Below the pieces are notes generated by a model that saw only the letters and a list, made by a program, of their open reading frames with translations, was not told the DNA's origin and searched no databases. A stretch of DNA of 64,000 bases from an uncultured bacterium (GTDB lineage Bacteria > RBG-13-66-14): NCBI GenBank assembly GCA_964577465.1, contig CAZNZF010000001.1:68785-132784 (forward strand). The letters are read 5' to 3'. The translations under genes were made by a program, and so were the position numbers. Shown one piece after another: positions 52,974 through 63,606 of the stretch (positions are counted from its first letter, which is position 1; every line of letters begins with the position of its first letter).

Positions 52974-54990
52974 TGTGTCTAAATTCCAACTAGTAACCGA
53001 CTACGCCCCCAAAGGGGACCAGCCCACGGCCATCGACGCGCTCGTCAATGCGCTCGATGAGGGCAAGAAGTACAACGTCCTCCTCGGCGTCACCGGCTCG
53101 GGCAAGACCTTCTCCGTGGCCAACGTGGTCGCGCGGGTCAACCGCCCCACCCTCGTCATCAGCCCCAACAAGACCCTGGCGGCCCAGCTCTACTCCGAGT
53201 TCAAGACCCTCTTCCCCTACTCGGCCGTGGAGTACTTCGTCAGCTACTACGACTACTACCAGCCCGAGGCCTACATCCCCTCCACCGACACCTACATCGA
53301 GAAGGACTCCAGCATTAACGAGCAAATCGACAAGCTGCGCCTCTCCGCCACCGCCTCCCTCCTTAGCCGGCGCGACGTCCTCATCGTGGCGTCCGTGTCC
53401 TGCATCTACGGCATCGGCACCCCCGAGGACTACGAGGCGATGAGCGTGAAGCTCTTCTCGGGCGACCACTTCGAGCGGGACGAGCTCCTGGAAAAGCTCG
53501 TGGACATCCAGTACACGCGCAACGACATCGATTTCAGCCGCGGCCACTTCCGCGTGGCCGGCGACATCGTGGACGTCTACCCGGCCTACGGCGACACCGG
53601 CCTGCGCGTCGAGTTCTTCGGCGACGAGATCGACCGCCTGTCGGTCATCGACCCGCTCACGGGGAACCGCATCAACGACCTGGCGACGTTGACCGTCTTC
53701 CCCGCCCGCCACTTCGTCAGCCAAACCTGGCGCCTGGAGCGGGCCATCCGCTCCATCGAGCAGGAGCTCGAGGAACGCCTCGTCGAGCTGAAAGGCGCGA
53801 ACAAGCTCCTCGAGGCCCAGCGCCTGGAAAGCCGCACACGCTACGACCTGGACATGCTGCGCGAGGTGGGCTACTGCAACGGCATCGAGAACTACTCCCG
53901 CCACCTGGGCGCCCGGCCGCCGGGCAGCCGCCCCAACGTCCTGCTGGACTTCTTCCCCAAGGACTGGCTCCTGGTCATCGACGAGAGCCACGTGGCCCTG
54001 CCCCAGCTCCACGGGATGTACAACGGGGACTACTCGCGCAAGAGCACGCTGGTGGAGCACGGCTTCCGCCTGCCCTCGGCCCTGGACAACCGGCCGCTCA
54101 AGTTCGAAGAGTTCGAGGGCATGGTGAACCAGGTCATCTACACCTCGGCCACGCCCAGCGCCTACGAGATGGAGCACGCCGCCGAGAACGGCATCGTCAC
54201 CGAGCAGATAATCCGCCCCACCGGCCTGGTGGACCCCGAGATACAGGTCCGGAGCTCCGAGGGGCAGGTCGACGACCTGATGACGGAAATTCGGGAGCGC
54301 ATCGCCATGGGCCACCGGACCCTGGTGACCTGCATGACCAAGCGCATGGCCGAGGACCTGGCCGAGTACCTCTCCGAAGCGGGCATCACCTCGCGCTACC
54401 TGCACTCCGAAATCGACACCATCGAGCGGGTGGAAATCATCCGCGGCCTCCGGCTGGGCGAATTCGACGTCCTGGTGGGGATCAACCTGCTACGCGAGGG
54501 GCTGGACCTGCCCGAGGTCTCCCTGGTGGCGATTCTGGACGCGGACAAGGAGGGCTTCCTGCGGAACGCGCGCAGCCTCATACAAACGATAGGCCGATGC
54601 GCCCGAAACGTCAAGGGCCGCGTGGTCATGTACTGCCGCGACGGCAGGCCAAGCGGGGCCATGCGTGAGGCCATCGGGGAAACCGAGCGCCGCCGTGACA
54701 TCCAGCTGGCCTACAACGAAAAGCACGGCATCGTGCCGAAGACCATCGTCAAGACCCTCGAGGCCGTGCGCGCCGGGACCACCGTCGCCGACTCCCGGAC
54801 CGCCGAGTCGGAGCACGCCATCCAGGCCGAGAAGATGGAACGGGCCCTGGGGCAGCTCGACACCCTGGAGCGTATCCGCCAGCTCGAGCAGGAGATGCTC
54901 GTGGCGGCCGAAAGCCTGGAGTTCGAAAAAGCGGCCGCACTGCGCGACCGCATCAAGGCCCTGGCCAAGGAGATGGACCGGAAGGCCTGA
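52974..54990 (+). CDS. uvrB: excinuclease ABC subunit B
   Basis: The GTG start gives [20 protein letters not shown]. Walker A GVTGSGKT, the beta-hairpin, helicase motifs, and the C-terminal UVR motif [13 protein letters not shown]. Confidence 0.9.
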
Positions 54991-55071
54991 CGAAGGCCAT
55001 GAGAACCGCAGCCGTCCCTTCATGGGCGAAAAGGAAGAGCTGGCGGGATTATGCCCGCGCCGCATACAGCC

Positions 55072-55548
55072 ATGAGCGACGAGGATACGACCGAACGGGA
55101 AAGAAAATGGCAGAAGGTCCTGGGGGCCGGGCTCTTCCTGGTCTTCTTCCTGGGGCTCACGCTGGGGCCGCAGCTCTTCCCCGAGTTCTTCGCCCAAAAC
55201 TTCTCCGGCGAGAAGCTCTTCGGCACGTTCGCCCGGCCGGTCCACGCCGTTTACGCCATGTTCGGGGGGCTGGCGGCCTTCCTCGGGGCGCCGTTCCTCT
55301 TCGGCGCGCTCATCGTCAAGTCGGTGAGGAAGGTGAGCCCCAAGTGGTACAATCTGACATACTTCGGCGCGGTCATTTTTTCAATCGCCTCCTTGGGGCT
55401 CATCATCGGTTTCGTCTACCACTGCGCGGGGTACGTAAAGCTCTACTACGGCAATTCGTTCGTGGCGGATAACTTCGCCTTCATCATCTGGGCCTACTTC
55501 CTCCTGCTGGGCGTCTTGCGGGTGGTCGTGACGTTGCGGAAAAAGTAA
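55072..55548 (+). CDS. hypothetical four-TM membrane protein
   Basis: Four hydrophobic helices; no recognised motif. It lies between uvrB and a duplicate of the uvrB 3-prime end. Confidence 0.45.
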   Translation: MSDEDTTERERKWQKVLGAGLFLVFFLGLTLGPQLFPEFFAQNFSGEKLFGTFARPVHAVYAMFGGLAAFLGAPFLFGALIVKSVRKVSPKWYNLTYFGAVIFSIASLGLIIGFVYHCAGYVKLYYGNSFVADNFAFIIWAYFLLLGVLRVVVTLRKK

Positions 55549-55642
55549 AGCGGAACCTCGTCTGCGTCGTTCTTCCAGACCAAAGGACGCTGCGCCCGCT
55601 TTCCTGGCTCTCTTCCACGGGGCCTTCGCCGTGGAGGGGCCG

Positions 55643-55714
55643 GAATGTGAAAGAGCGGCCGCCCTGCGCGTCCGCATCCAGGCCCTGACGAAAGAGACGG
55701 AACAGAAAGCCTGA
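55643..55714 (+). pseudogene. diverged duplicate of uvrB 3-prime end (UVR-motif fragment ECERAAALRVRIQALTKETEQKA*)
   Basis: About 80% nucleotide identity to 54921-54992. The similarity continues through TGACGAAGG and CCATGAGAA(C/T)CGC into the next start codon. Confidence 0.6.
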
Positions 55715-55728
55715 CGAAAGGGGTTACC

Positions 55729-57120
55729 ATGAGAATCGCCGCGATACTGCTCGCCTGCCTGCTCTTCCTGGCCTGCGAGGAGGAGCCCGTGACGTCCATC
55801 GACGGGGCCTGGGAGGGCGCCATAACCGTTCAGGGCATGGAAATCGGCTTCACGGTGAAGTTCGCCACCGTGGAGGGCGAGCTGACCGCCGTCATGGACA
55901 TCCCGTCGCAGATGGCCTACGGCCTGCCGCTTTCAAACGTGAGCTTCGACGGCACACAGGTTCACTTCGAGCTGGACTCCCCCGCGGGCCTGGCCGTCCA
56001 CGAGGGGACGCTGGCCGAGGACCGGATTTCCGGCTCGTTCACGCAGGGCGGCGCCGAGGGCGAGTTCCACCTGGAGCGCGTGGTTCCTGAAGAGCTGCCC
56101 TACGACACCGAGGAGGTCCACGTCGAGGCCGCTCCCGAGGTGACCCTGGCCGGGACGCTCTCCCTGCCGCGGACCGAGGGGCCCCACCCCGCCGTCATAT
56201 TAATCACCGGCTCCGGGCCGGAGAACCGCGACGAGGAGGTCTTCGGCTTCAAGCCGTTCAAGCTCCTGGCCGATTACCTCACCCCCTTGGGCGTGGCCGT
56301 GCTGCGCTGTGACGACCGCGGCGTGGGCGGCTCCACCGGCGCGGATGCCGACGTCACCACGGTGGACCTGGCCGACGACGTCGCCGCCGAGATGGATTTC
56401 CTGGCGAAGCGGACCGATATAGACCCCGGTCGGATTGGGCTCCTGGGCCACAGCGAGGGCTCCATCATCGCCGGCATGGTGGCGGCCCGGACCGGCAGGC
56501 CCGCCTTCGTCATCCTCATGGGCGGCCCGGCCTTCGACGGCGCCGAAATCGTCAAATCCCAGTTGGTGGCGCTCTCCCGCGCCGAGGGCGCCACGGATGA
56601 GGAAATCGCGAAAAGCCTCGACATGGAGGAACGAATTTTTACCGCCCTGCGGACCGGCGGGGACCTGGAAGGGCTCAAGGGAGAGGTCGCGGAGCTCATG
56701 CGCGAGTCCATCGCCGGCCTCTCCGAGGAGGAGCGCGCCGCCATCTCCGACGTGGACGCCTACGTGAATTCGACCGTCGAGGCGCAATTCGCCGCCGTGC
56801 AGAGCCCCTGGTTCCGCTTCTTCATGGACTACGACCCCGCGGGCGACCTGGCGAAAATCACCTGCCCGCTCCTGGCGGTCTGGGGCGAGTTCGACCTCCA
56901 GGTTCCCGCCGAGGAGAACCGCGCGCGGATGGAGGAGGTCCTGTCCAAGGCGGGCCACACCGACTACACCCTGGAAATCCTCCCCCGGGCCAACCACCTC
57001 TTCCAGGAGACAGAGACCGGCGCCTTCAGCGAGTACGCCGAGCTCCCCCAGGAATTCGCCCCCGGCTTCCCGGACTTAATCTCCGGCTGGCTGCTGCCCC
57101 GGGTGGGCATCCCCCAATAG
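55729..57120 (+). CDS. alpha/beta-hydrolase-fold lipoprotein (serine hydrolase)
   Basis: Lipobox LFLAC; nucleophile elbow GHSEG; length and pattern consistent with alpha/beta hydrolases. Confidence 0.6.
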   Translation: MRIAAILLACLLFLACEEEPVTSIDGAWEGAITVQGMEIGFTVKFATVEGELTAVMDIPSQMAYGLPLSNVSFDGTQVHFELDSPAGLAVHEGTLAEDRISGSFTQGGAEGEFHLERVVPEELPYDTEEVHVEAAPEVTLAGTLSLPRTEGPHPAVILITGSGPENRDEEVFGFKPFKLLADYLTPLGVAVLRCDDRGVGGSTGADADVTTVDLADDVAAEMDFLAKRTDIDPGRIGLLGHSEGSIIAGMVAARTGRPAFVILMGGPAFDGAEIVKSQLVALSRAEGATDEEIAKSLDMEERIFTALRTGGDLEGLKGEVAELMRESIAGLSEEERAAISDVDAYVNSTVEAQFAAVQSPWFRFFMDYDPAGDLAKITCPLLAVWGEFDLQVPAEENRARMEEVLSKAGHTDYTLEILPRANHLFQETETGAFSEYAELPQEFAPGFPDLISGWLLPRVGIPQ

Positions 57121-57231
57121 TCCGTCCGTCCGCCCGATGCGAACGCCCCCCCCCGCGGGGGCGTTTTGCCGTTTACACGCGCCCCGGGGGACCGTATACT
57201 CTCCCCGTTAATAAAACCGCAAAGGAGCACC

Positions 57232-58455
57232 GTGCGCGAAGACCTGGACCGGCTCATGGAAGAGCGGGGGATAGACTGGCTCTTCATCGAGGGGGGGAAC
57301 GGGGACAACCCCGCCATGCACTACCTCCTGGGCAACGCCCCCATCGGCTACTGCTCGCTGTGGAAGCCCCGAGGCGGCCGGGCGTACCTCTTCACCGGCC
57401 CCTTCGAGCGCGAGGAGGCCAAGAAGCTGCCCTTCACCGCCGTGGACACGACTAAGTACAACTACCACGAGCTGCTGGAGAAGGAGCCGGACCACCTCAA
57501 GCGGGCCGTGGAGTTCATCCGCCGCATGATGGCGGACGTGGGGGTGAAGGGGCGCGTGTCGCTCTACGGCCGCGGCGGCCTGGGCGCCAACTACCTCCTC
57601 TACCGGGCGCTCGACGCGGCGGCACCGGAGGCGCATTTCGAGCCCGAGTTCGAGAACGACGTGCTGATTACCGCCCGCGAGACCAAGGACGCGGAGGAAA
57701 TCGACCACATCCGCCGCGTCGGGAAAAAATCCTGCGAGGTTTTCGCCGAGGTGCGGAAACTGCTGGGCTCCTCCGAGGAGCGGGGCGGCAGGCTCTACAA
57801 CGCGGGCGAGCCGCTGACGGTGGGGCGTGTCAGGCGCTTCATCACCCTCGAGCTCTTCAAGCGTGGCCTGATGGAGGACGTGGGCACCATCTTCGCCCCC
57901 GGTGACGAGGGCGGCTACCCCCACTCGCACGGGACCGACTCCCGCCGGCTCGCGGTGGGCGAGCCCATCGTCTACGACATGTTTCCCCGGGAACTGGGCC
58001 ACGGGTACTACTTCGACATGACGCGCACCTGGTGCGTCGGCGAGGTCCACCCCGAGGCGGAGCGGGACTACGAGCTGGTCAAGGAGGTGCAGGCCGACGT
58101 GGAGCGCTCGATCAAGGTCGGCGAGCGTGCCTACATCTACCACAAGCGGGCGGCGGACCTCATTGCCGAGGCCGGCCACCCCACAATCATCTCCGACCCC
58201 GCGACCCAAATCGGTTACTGTCACAGCCTGGGACACGGGGTGGGCCTCGACATTCACGAAAAACCGCGCCTCGGCGGAACCGAGAAGAACCCCGACCTGA
58301 TCCAGCCCGGCAGCGTCTTCACCAACGAGCCCGGGGTGTACTACCCGGAGAAAGGCTACGGCGTCCGGGTCGAGGATACGCTCTGCGTCACGCCCGAGGG
58401 GAAGGTCGAGAACCTCACCGTGGAGCCCAAGGCGCTCTTGATTCCCCTGGGATGA
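57232..58455 (+). CDS. M24-family metallopeptidase (Xaa-Pro aminopeptidase/prolidase-like)
   Basis: Pita-bread motifs are present (HSLGHGVGLDIHE, NEPGVY, E...). GTG start with AAGGAG upstream. Confidence 0.75.
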   Translation: MREDLDRLMEERGIDWLFIEGGNGDNPAMHYLLGNAPIGYCSLWKPRGGRAYLFTGPFEREEAKKLPFTAVDTTKYNYHELLEKEPDHLKRAVEFIRRMMADVGVKGRVSLYGRGGLGANYLLYRALDAAAPEAHFEPEFENDVLITARETKDAEEIDHIRRVGKKSCEVFAEVRKLLGSSEERGGRLYNAGEPLTVGRVRRFITLELFKRGLMEDVGTIFAPGDEGGYPHSHGTDSRRLAVGEPIVYDMFPRELGHGYYFDMTRTWCVGEVHPEAERDYELVKEVQADVERSIKVGERAYIYHKRAADLIAEAGHPTIISDPATQIGYCHSLGHGVGLDIHEKPRLGGTEKNPDLIQPGSVFTNEPGVYYPEKGYGVRVEDTLCVTPEGKVENLTVEPKALLIPLG

Positions 58456-58640
58456 GGGCTGGAAAGCCTGCGCGAAGCGGGATATAATTAAGAGTGTACA
58501 GAATCGCGTTCCAATCGCGGTTCGATCAAACCTCTGTCCGTAAGACCCGTGGCGGATTTCTCTTGCCAAGGGGGATTATTTGTATTAAATAATCCTGTGG
58601 CAGGGTCGAGTTTTCCAACGCCGACGAAAAAGGGGGCCCC

Positions 58641-61214
58641 GTGCGCAAATATCTCTTTCTCCTTTTGATTATTCCCGCGATAGCCTTCGGCTACACCTAC
58701 ACCGTGAGCCCGGATACCGTCGGAATGGACACCGGTCAGGGGTACAGCATTCCGCGCATCCCCGGCGGCGTTTACACCAACGAGGTCGGTGACCCCCACC
58801 TGCCCTGGCTGCCGCTCCGGGTCTCGGTACCCGCCGGGATGGCGGCCGCCGACGTGGAGGTCGTTTCCGTAAAGACCCGGGAGCTGCCCGGCTACTACAC
58901 GGTCTTCCCGACCCAGCAGTCGCAGCCGATCAGCATACCCGGCGAATTCGTGGAGAACTTCTCCCCGGTCTACGACTCCGACGACCCGTACCCCGTCCGT
59001 CCCATGACGGCCACGGGCGGCGGGAACATCGCCGGGTACGGCGTGGCCGATATGCTGTTCTGCCCCTTCATCTACCATCCCGCGTCGGGCCGGCTCGAGG
59101 TCATCACCGACATCACCTTCAACCTCGAGCTCGAGACACTGTCCTACGAGATCCACACCCCCAACGTCGTGACCCCCGCCACCGCCGATGTCAACGCCGA
59201 GCGTGTCCGCAACCTGGTGATCAACCCCGAATCGGTTTACACGCCCGCCGACGTCGTGCCGCCCAAGGTGATAGGCTCGGGATACGAGGCGAATTACAAC
59301 GAGCCCGACGTGGGCGGGACCGCCGAGTGGGTGCTCATCACCCGTGAGGAATTCGCGGACGCCTTCCGGCCGCTGGTGGACTGGAAGCTCAAGAAGGGTC
59401 TCACGACCGCCCTGGTGACCATGGAGTACATCATCGAAAACTACGACGGCCGCGACCAGGCCGAGAAAATCCGCAACTTCATCATCGACGCCTACGAGAA
59501 CTGGTCCACCACCTACGTCGTACTGGGCGGCGACTGTAGCTTCGTCCGCGAGCGCCGGGGCTTCGCCCTGAACTTCGGCTCGCCCGACGACTACATGATT
59601 CCCTGCGACCTCTACTACTCAGACCTGGACGGCGACTGGAACGCAGACGGGGACGACCTCTGGGGCGAGTGGCCCGCCGACGAGGTGGACCTCTACGCCG
59701 ACGTCTACGTCTCGCGCTTTCCGGTGAACACGGTCGAGGAAACCCAGGCCGTGGTGTCAAAGACGCTCACCTACGAGAAGAGCATCCCCGAGGAGTTCCC
59801 GCTCCACACCGTCTTCTTCGGTGGAAAGCTTGACGACATCCCCACCTGGGGCGGCGACGGGAAGGAGCAGGTGGCGACCCATCTGCCCCCGGACTTCCCC
59901 TACGTCACCTTCTACGAGCGCGACATGGCCTACGGTGCCGAGGACATCATCGCCGAGTTCGATGCCGGCCGCTCTGCCGTGGTCAACCAGCTCCACCACT
60001 CCTCCTACGACATCATCGGCGCCGGGAGCGGCTTCATCTCCACCGCGGAAGCCTACGCCATGACCAACGGCGACTACGCCGGATGGTTCTACGCCCAGGG
60101 CTGCATGTGCGGAGGATTCGACCGGGCCCGGTGCGCCGCAGAGGGGTTGGTCCTGGCCCCCACCGGGGGATCGGTGGCGACCATGTTCAACTCCCGCTAC
60201 GGCCTCTACTCGCCCGGCGACCCCGCATCCGGCGCGAGCAACGTCCTCGACGAGCAGTTCTTCGCCGGCATGTTCGACGAGGAACTGACCTCTTTCGGCG
60301 CCGCGCAGGCCTACTCCAAGGATTACTTCGTTCCCGCGGCCAAGCAGAACCCCTACATGCGCTGGGTCCTGTACGTCCAGAACATCCTCGGCCCCTGCGA
60401 GACGCAGGGCTGGTGCGACACCCCGGAAAGCCTCGCGGTCACCCATCCCTCCAACTGGGACAGCGGCGAGTTCAAGGTCACCGTTACCACCGGGAGCCGC
60501 GGCCCGCTCAACCACGCCAAGGTGTGCCTCTACAAGGACTCGGACGTCTACCTCGTGGGGTACACCCGCGCATCGGGCGAGGTCCTCTTCCACCCCATCG
60601 TAGCTGAGACGGGCGAGCTCAGCGTCACCGTCAGCTTCCAGGACACCTGGCCCTACGAGGGCGTCTGCCAGGTCGAGGCCAGCTCCGACACCGGGGTGGC
60701 CGAGTTCACCGGCGGGCCCACCGCCGAGGGCGTGCTCCTGAGCTGGACCCTGACCGACGCCGGCGACCTCGCCGGGGTGAACCTCTACCGCGACCAGACC
60801 CGGCTCAACTCCCTCGACCTCCCGGGGGGTAGCGGCCGCTACCTCGACCGTGCACCCGACGAGACGAACGCCTACTACCTGGAGCTCGTCCACGCGGACG
60901 GAACCACACTGCGCGTCGGACCGGTCACGGTGACGATGCCCGAGGGCGTCGGCAGGCTGACTCTCAGCGAGCCCTATCCGAGCCCGGCCACCGACAGGGT
61001 GTGCATCGAGGTGAACACGCCCGACGACGGCAGGGTGCTTCTCACCGTTTACGACCTGTCCGGGCGGCGGGTGGCCACCCTCGCCGACGGCGATTTCAGC
61101 GCCGGCCGCCACATCTTCACCTGGGACTGCTCCGATGCGGCCGCGGGCGTCTACCTCTGCCGCCTGAGCACCGCCGAGCGCATCCTGACGAAACGCCTGG
61201 TCCTAGCCAGATAA
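58641..61214 (+). CDS. secreted gingipain-family (C25) cysteine peptidase with T9SS-type CTD
   Basis: Signal peptide. The N-terminal propeptide-like domain and the catalytic domain align with the gingipain pattern (VVLGGDCSF...DLYYSDLDG...VYVSRFPVNTVEETQAVVSKTLTYE; HHSSYD; AQGCMCGGFD). C-terminal CTD: LSEPYPSPATDRVCIEV...VYDLSGRRV...GVYLCRL...RLVLAR. Confidence 0.75.
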   Translation: MRKYLFLLLIIPAIAFGYTYTVSPDTVGMDTGQGYSIPRIPGGVYTNEVGDPHLPWLPLRVSVPAGMAAADVEVVSVKTRELPGYYTVFPTQQSQPISIPGEFVENFSPVYDSDDPYPVRPMTATGGGNIAGYGVADMLFCPFIYHPASGRLEVITDITFNLELETLSYEIHTPNVVTPATADVNAERVRNLVINPESVYTPADVVPPKVIGSGYEANYNEPDVGGTAEWVLITREEFADAFRPLVDWKLKKGLTTALVTMEYIIENYDGRDQAEKIRNFIIDAYENWSTTYVVLGGDCSFVRERRGFALNFGSPDDYMIPCDLYYSDLDGDWNADGDDLWGEWPADEVDLYADVYVSRFPVNTVEETQAVVSKTLTYEKSIPEEFPLHTVFFGGKLDDIPTWGGDGKEQVATHLPPDFPYVTFYERDMAYGAEDIIAEFDAGRSAVVNQLHHSSYDIIGAGSGFISTAEAYAMTNGDYAGWFYAQGCMCGGFDRARCAAEGLVLAPTGGSVATMFNSRYGLYSPGDPASGASNVLDEQFFAGMFDEELTSFGAAQAYSKDYFVPAAKQNPYMRWVLYVQNILGPCETQGWCDTPESLAVTHPSNWDSGEFKVTVTTGSRGPLNHAKVCLYKDSDVYLVGYTRASGEVLFHPIVAETGELSVTVSFQDTWPYEGVCQVEASSDTGVAEFTGGPTAEGVLLSWTLTDAGDLAGVNLYRDQTRLNSLDLPGGSGRYLDRAPDETNAYYLELVHADGTTLRVGPVTVTMPEGVGRLTLSEPYPSPATDRVCIEVNTPDDGRVLLTVYDLSGRRVATLADGDFSAGRHIFTWDCSDAAAGVYLCRLSTAERILTKRLVLAR

Positions 61215-61225
61215 TCCCGCCAAAA

Positions 61226-61257
61226 CCGAGGAGGGCCGCGGGGCCCTCCTTTTTTTA
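61226..61257 (+). terminator. rho-independent terminator
   Basis: GAGGAGGGCCGCGGGGCCCTCC hairpin followed by a T7 tract. Confidence 0.65.
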
Positions 61258-61308
61258 GCGATCACATTGAACGTTCGGTTACGTAGTGAATCAACCGCGA
61301 ACCATACA

Positions 61309-61338
61309 CGGGAGAGGGCCGAAGGGCCCTCCTTTTTA
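61309..61338 (+). terminator. second rho-independent terminator about 55 nt downstream
   Basis: GGAGAGGGCCGAAGGGCCCTCC hairpin followed by TTTTTA. Confidence 0.55.
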
Positions 61339-61564
61339 CGGAGATTGACGGCTGGTGAATAAAAATAACCACGGAGTTGCCGTCCTACGTTACAAGACTC
61401 TTGTATCTGGCTCAACCGCTAAATAGGACGCAGGGCGGGGGCTCTGTACCCCGCCCGTTATCCCGCTCGTATTCTTCCAGTCGAGTAAAACCCCGCGGAG
61501 AACTCCTCCCTCTCGCATGCGGCCCACCAATTTAAAAACGGTGATGAAGACCAGGGGTTGCCCC

Positions 61565-62323
61565 CTACCGCTCCTCGGATTCCAGGGGAATAATCTCGAC
61601 GGTGTAGGAATCACCGGAAACCTTGACCACGGCGTACTGGAAGAAATCTCCCTCCTCGATGTGGCCGCCGGAGGTGCCGACGGTGGTGTAGGGAATCCCG
61701 TCGTACTCCGTGAAGACGTAGGTGTGCAAATGCCCCGTGAACACGCCGTCCACGCCGTGCTCCAGGAAAATGTGGTGGAGGCGGTCCCCCCCGTTCTCGG
61801 TCAGGGTCGAGTAGATGAGGGGCTTGTGGGTGAAGACCAGGGTCAGCCGGGCGTCATCGTGGAAGCTCACATCGTCCTCGAGCCAGGCGAAGGTCGCCTC
61901 CGGCAGATTGACGGTGAAAAACCAGCGGCTGGTATCCAGCACGACGAAGTGCACGCCGGAGTAGTCGAAGGAGTAGTTGGGCTCGCAGCCGGTCCACTCG
62001 CGCCACCGGTCCTCGGAGGCGTCGTCCCAGATGTCGTGGTTTCCCGGCGTCAGGTAGACCGCCACGGGGATGGGCTCGATGATTTTGAAATACTCGGCCC
62101 ACTCAGTATTTATCTCGTCCAGGTTTGAGGTATACCCCTCGATTTGGTCGCCGACCGATATGTAAAAATCGGCCCCCTCACAGAGGCTCTGGGCGATCAC
62201 GGCCTCGTAAACCCCCTCGTGATGTTTGCCGGTGCGGTCGCCGAGGATGACGAAGGAAAAGTCGCCCTCCCGCCCAAAGGCGGCGATGACGAGCACCGTC
62301 AGCACGAACCACGTCTTGCGCAT
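61565..62323 (-). CDS. secreted calcineurin-like metallophosphoesterase
   Basis: AAAGGAG RBS; signal peptide MRKTWFVLTVLVIAAFG. Metallophosphatase motifs are present (GDRTG, GDQIEGY, GNHD, GHLH). Confidence 0.7.
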   Translation of the reverse strand: MRKTWFVLTVLVIAAFGREGDFSFVILGDRTGKHHEGVYEAVIAQSLCEGADFYISVGDQIEGYTSNLDEINTEWAEYFKIIEPIPVAVYLTPGNHDIWDDASEDRWREWTGCEPNYSFDYSGVHFVVLDTSRWFFTVNLPEATFAWLEDDVSFHDDARLTLVFTHKPLIYSTLTENGGDRLHHIFLEHGVDGVFTGHLHTYVFTEYDGIPYTTVGTSGGHIEEGDFFQYAVVKVSGDSYTVEIIPLESEER

Positions 62324-62457
62324 GGGGCTCCTTTCGGCCGACAACTGGTGTAGGTGATGATACCCCCCCGGTCTCAAACCCTCAAGCGTGGAAACCTGTC
62401 GCTCCGGTACACTTTTTCATATACTCGTCCCGTAACGTCCTCGAGAGGGGAGCCGTC

Positions 62458-63522
62458 ATGCGGTACCGTCGAGTAATTTGTGCGGCGATTTTTACGCTTC
62501 TGGCGACGACGGCGTCCCTCGCCGCCGACCCGGAGGCGAAACCGGTAACCTCCACCTTCTCCATCGTCGCCTTCGATCCCGAGGCCCGGGAGTGGGGCGT
62601 CGCCGTGGCCTCCCGGGTGCTGGCCGTGGGGTACATCGTGCCCTGGGCCCGGGCCGAGGTCGGCGCCGTGGCGACCCAGGCGTACGCGGACCTGCGATAC
62701 GGCAGGTACGGCCTTGAATTGCTGGAAGCGGGCTTCACCGCCGAGCAGGCCCTCCAGGTGCTCCTGGAGTTCGACGCCGAGGCGCAGCAGCGCCAGGTGG
62801 CCATCGTGGATTCCGCGGGTCGCGTCGCCGCCTTCACCGGCACCGAGACGTCGGCCTGGGCCGGCGACCGGCACGGAGAGCACTACTCCGTCCAGGGCAA
62901 CATCCTGGTCGGCGAACAGGTGCTCGTCAACATGGAGCGGGCCTACCTGGAAACGGGGGGGCCTCTCGCCCGGCGCCTTTTGGCGGCGGTCGAGGCGGGG
63001 GACGAGGCCGGGGGGGACTCCCGGGGCAGGCAATCGGCGGCCCTCCTGGTCGTCCGCGAACGGGGCGGCTACCAGGCGCTCACCGACCGCCTCGTGGACA
63101 TCTCGGTGGACGACGACCCGGCTCCGGTGGCCGAGCTGGCGCGGATTTACGACCTGTGGGAGGCGAATTTCCTCATCGAACCCTACCTCGACTCCGCCAA
63201 TCCGCAGGTTCAAAAATACGCCCTGGATATAATCGAGCGGACCCTGGCCGAAAAGGATGACGCCCAGCTCTTCAACGCGATGGCCTGGGTCCTCGCCGTC
63301 CGCGGGCTGTATCCGGAGAGGGCGCTGGAAATCGCCCTCCGGGCCCACGAGCTGGAACCGACCGACCCGAACATCATGGACACGGTGGCCGAGGCGCACT
63401 ACGCGGCGGGGGACCCCGAGTCCGCCCTAGACTGGGAACAGAGGGCCCTGGCGCTCGACCCGGAGAACGGTTTCTTCCTGGAACAGAGGGCCAAGTTCAG
63501 GGCCGCCGCGGAAGGGGAATGA
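62458..63522 (+). CDS. DUF1028 (Ntn-hydrolase-like) domain protein with C-terminal TPR repeats
   Basis: Signal peptide. TSTFSIVAFDPEAREWGVAVASRVLAVGYIVPWARAEVGAVATQA matches the DUF1028 N-terminal Thr nucleophile pattern. The C-terminal helical repeats are TPR-like. Confidence 0.6.
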   Translation: MRYRRVICAAIFTLLATTASLAADPEAKPVTSTFSIVAFDPEAREWGVAVASRVLAVGYIVPWARAEVGAVATQAYADLRYGRYGLELLEAGFTAEQALQVLLEFDAEAQQRQVAIVDSAGRVAAFTGTETSAWAGDRHGEHYSVQGNILVGEQVLVNMERAYLETGGPLARRLLAAVEAGDEAGGDSRGRQSAALLVVRERGGYQALTDRLVDISVDDDPAPVAELARIYDLWEANFLIEPYLDSANPQVQKYALDIIERTLAEKDDAQLFNAMAWVLAVRGLYPERALEIALRAHELEPTDPNIMDTVAEAHYAAGDPESALDWEQRALALDPENGFFLEQRAKFRAAAEGE

Positions 63523-63606
63523 GTTCCGGCTTGGCATAATGCGCCTTCTGTGATATATTCGCCGGGCAACCTTACCCGGCAATACACCTAATCCCAAGGT
63601 GGACCC

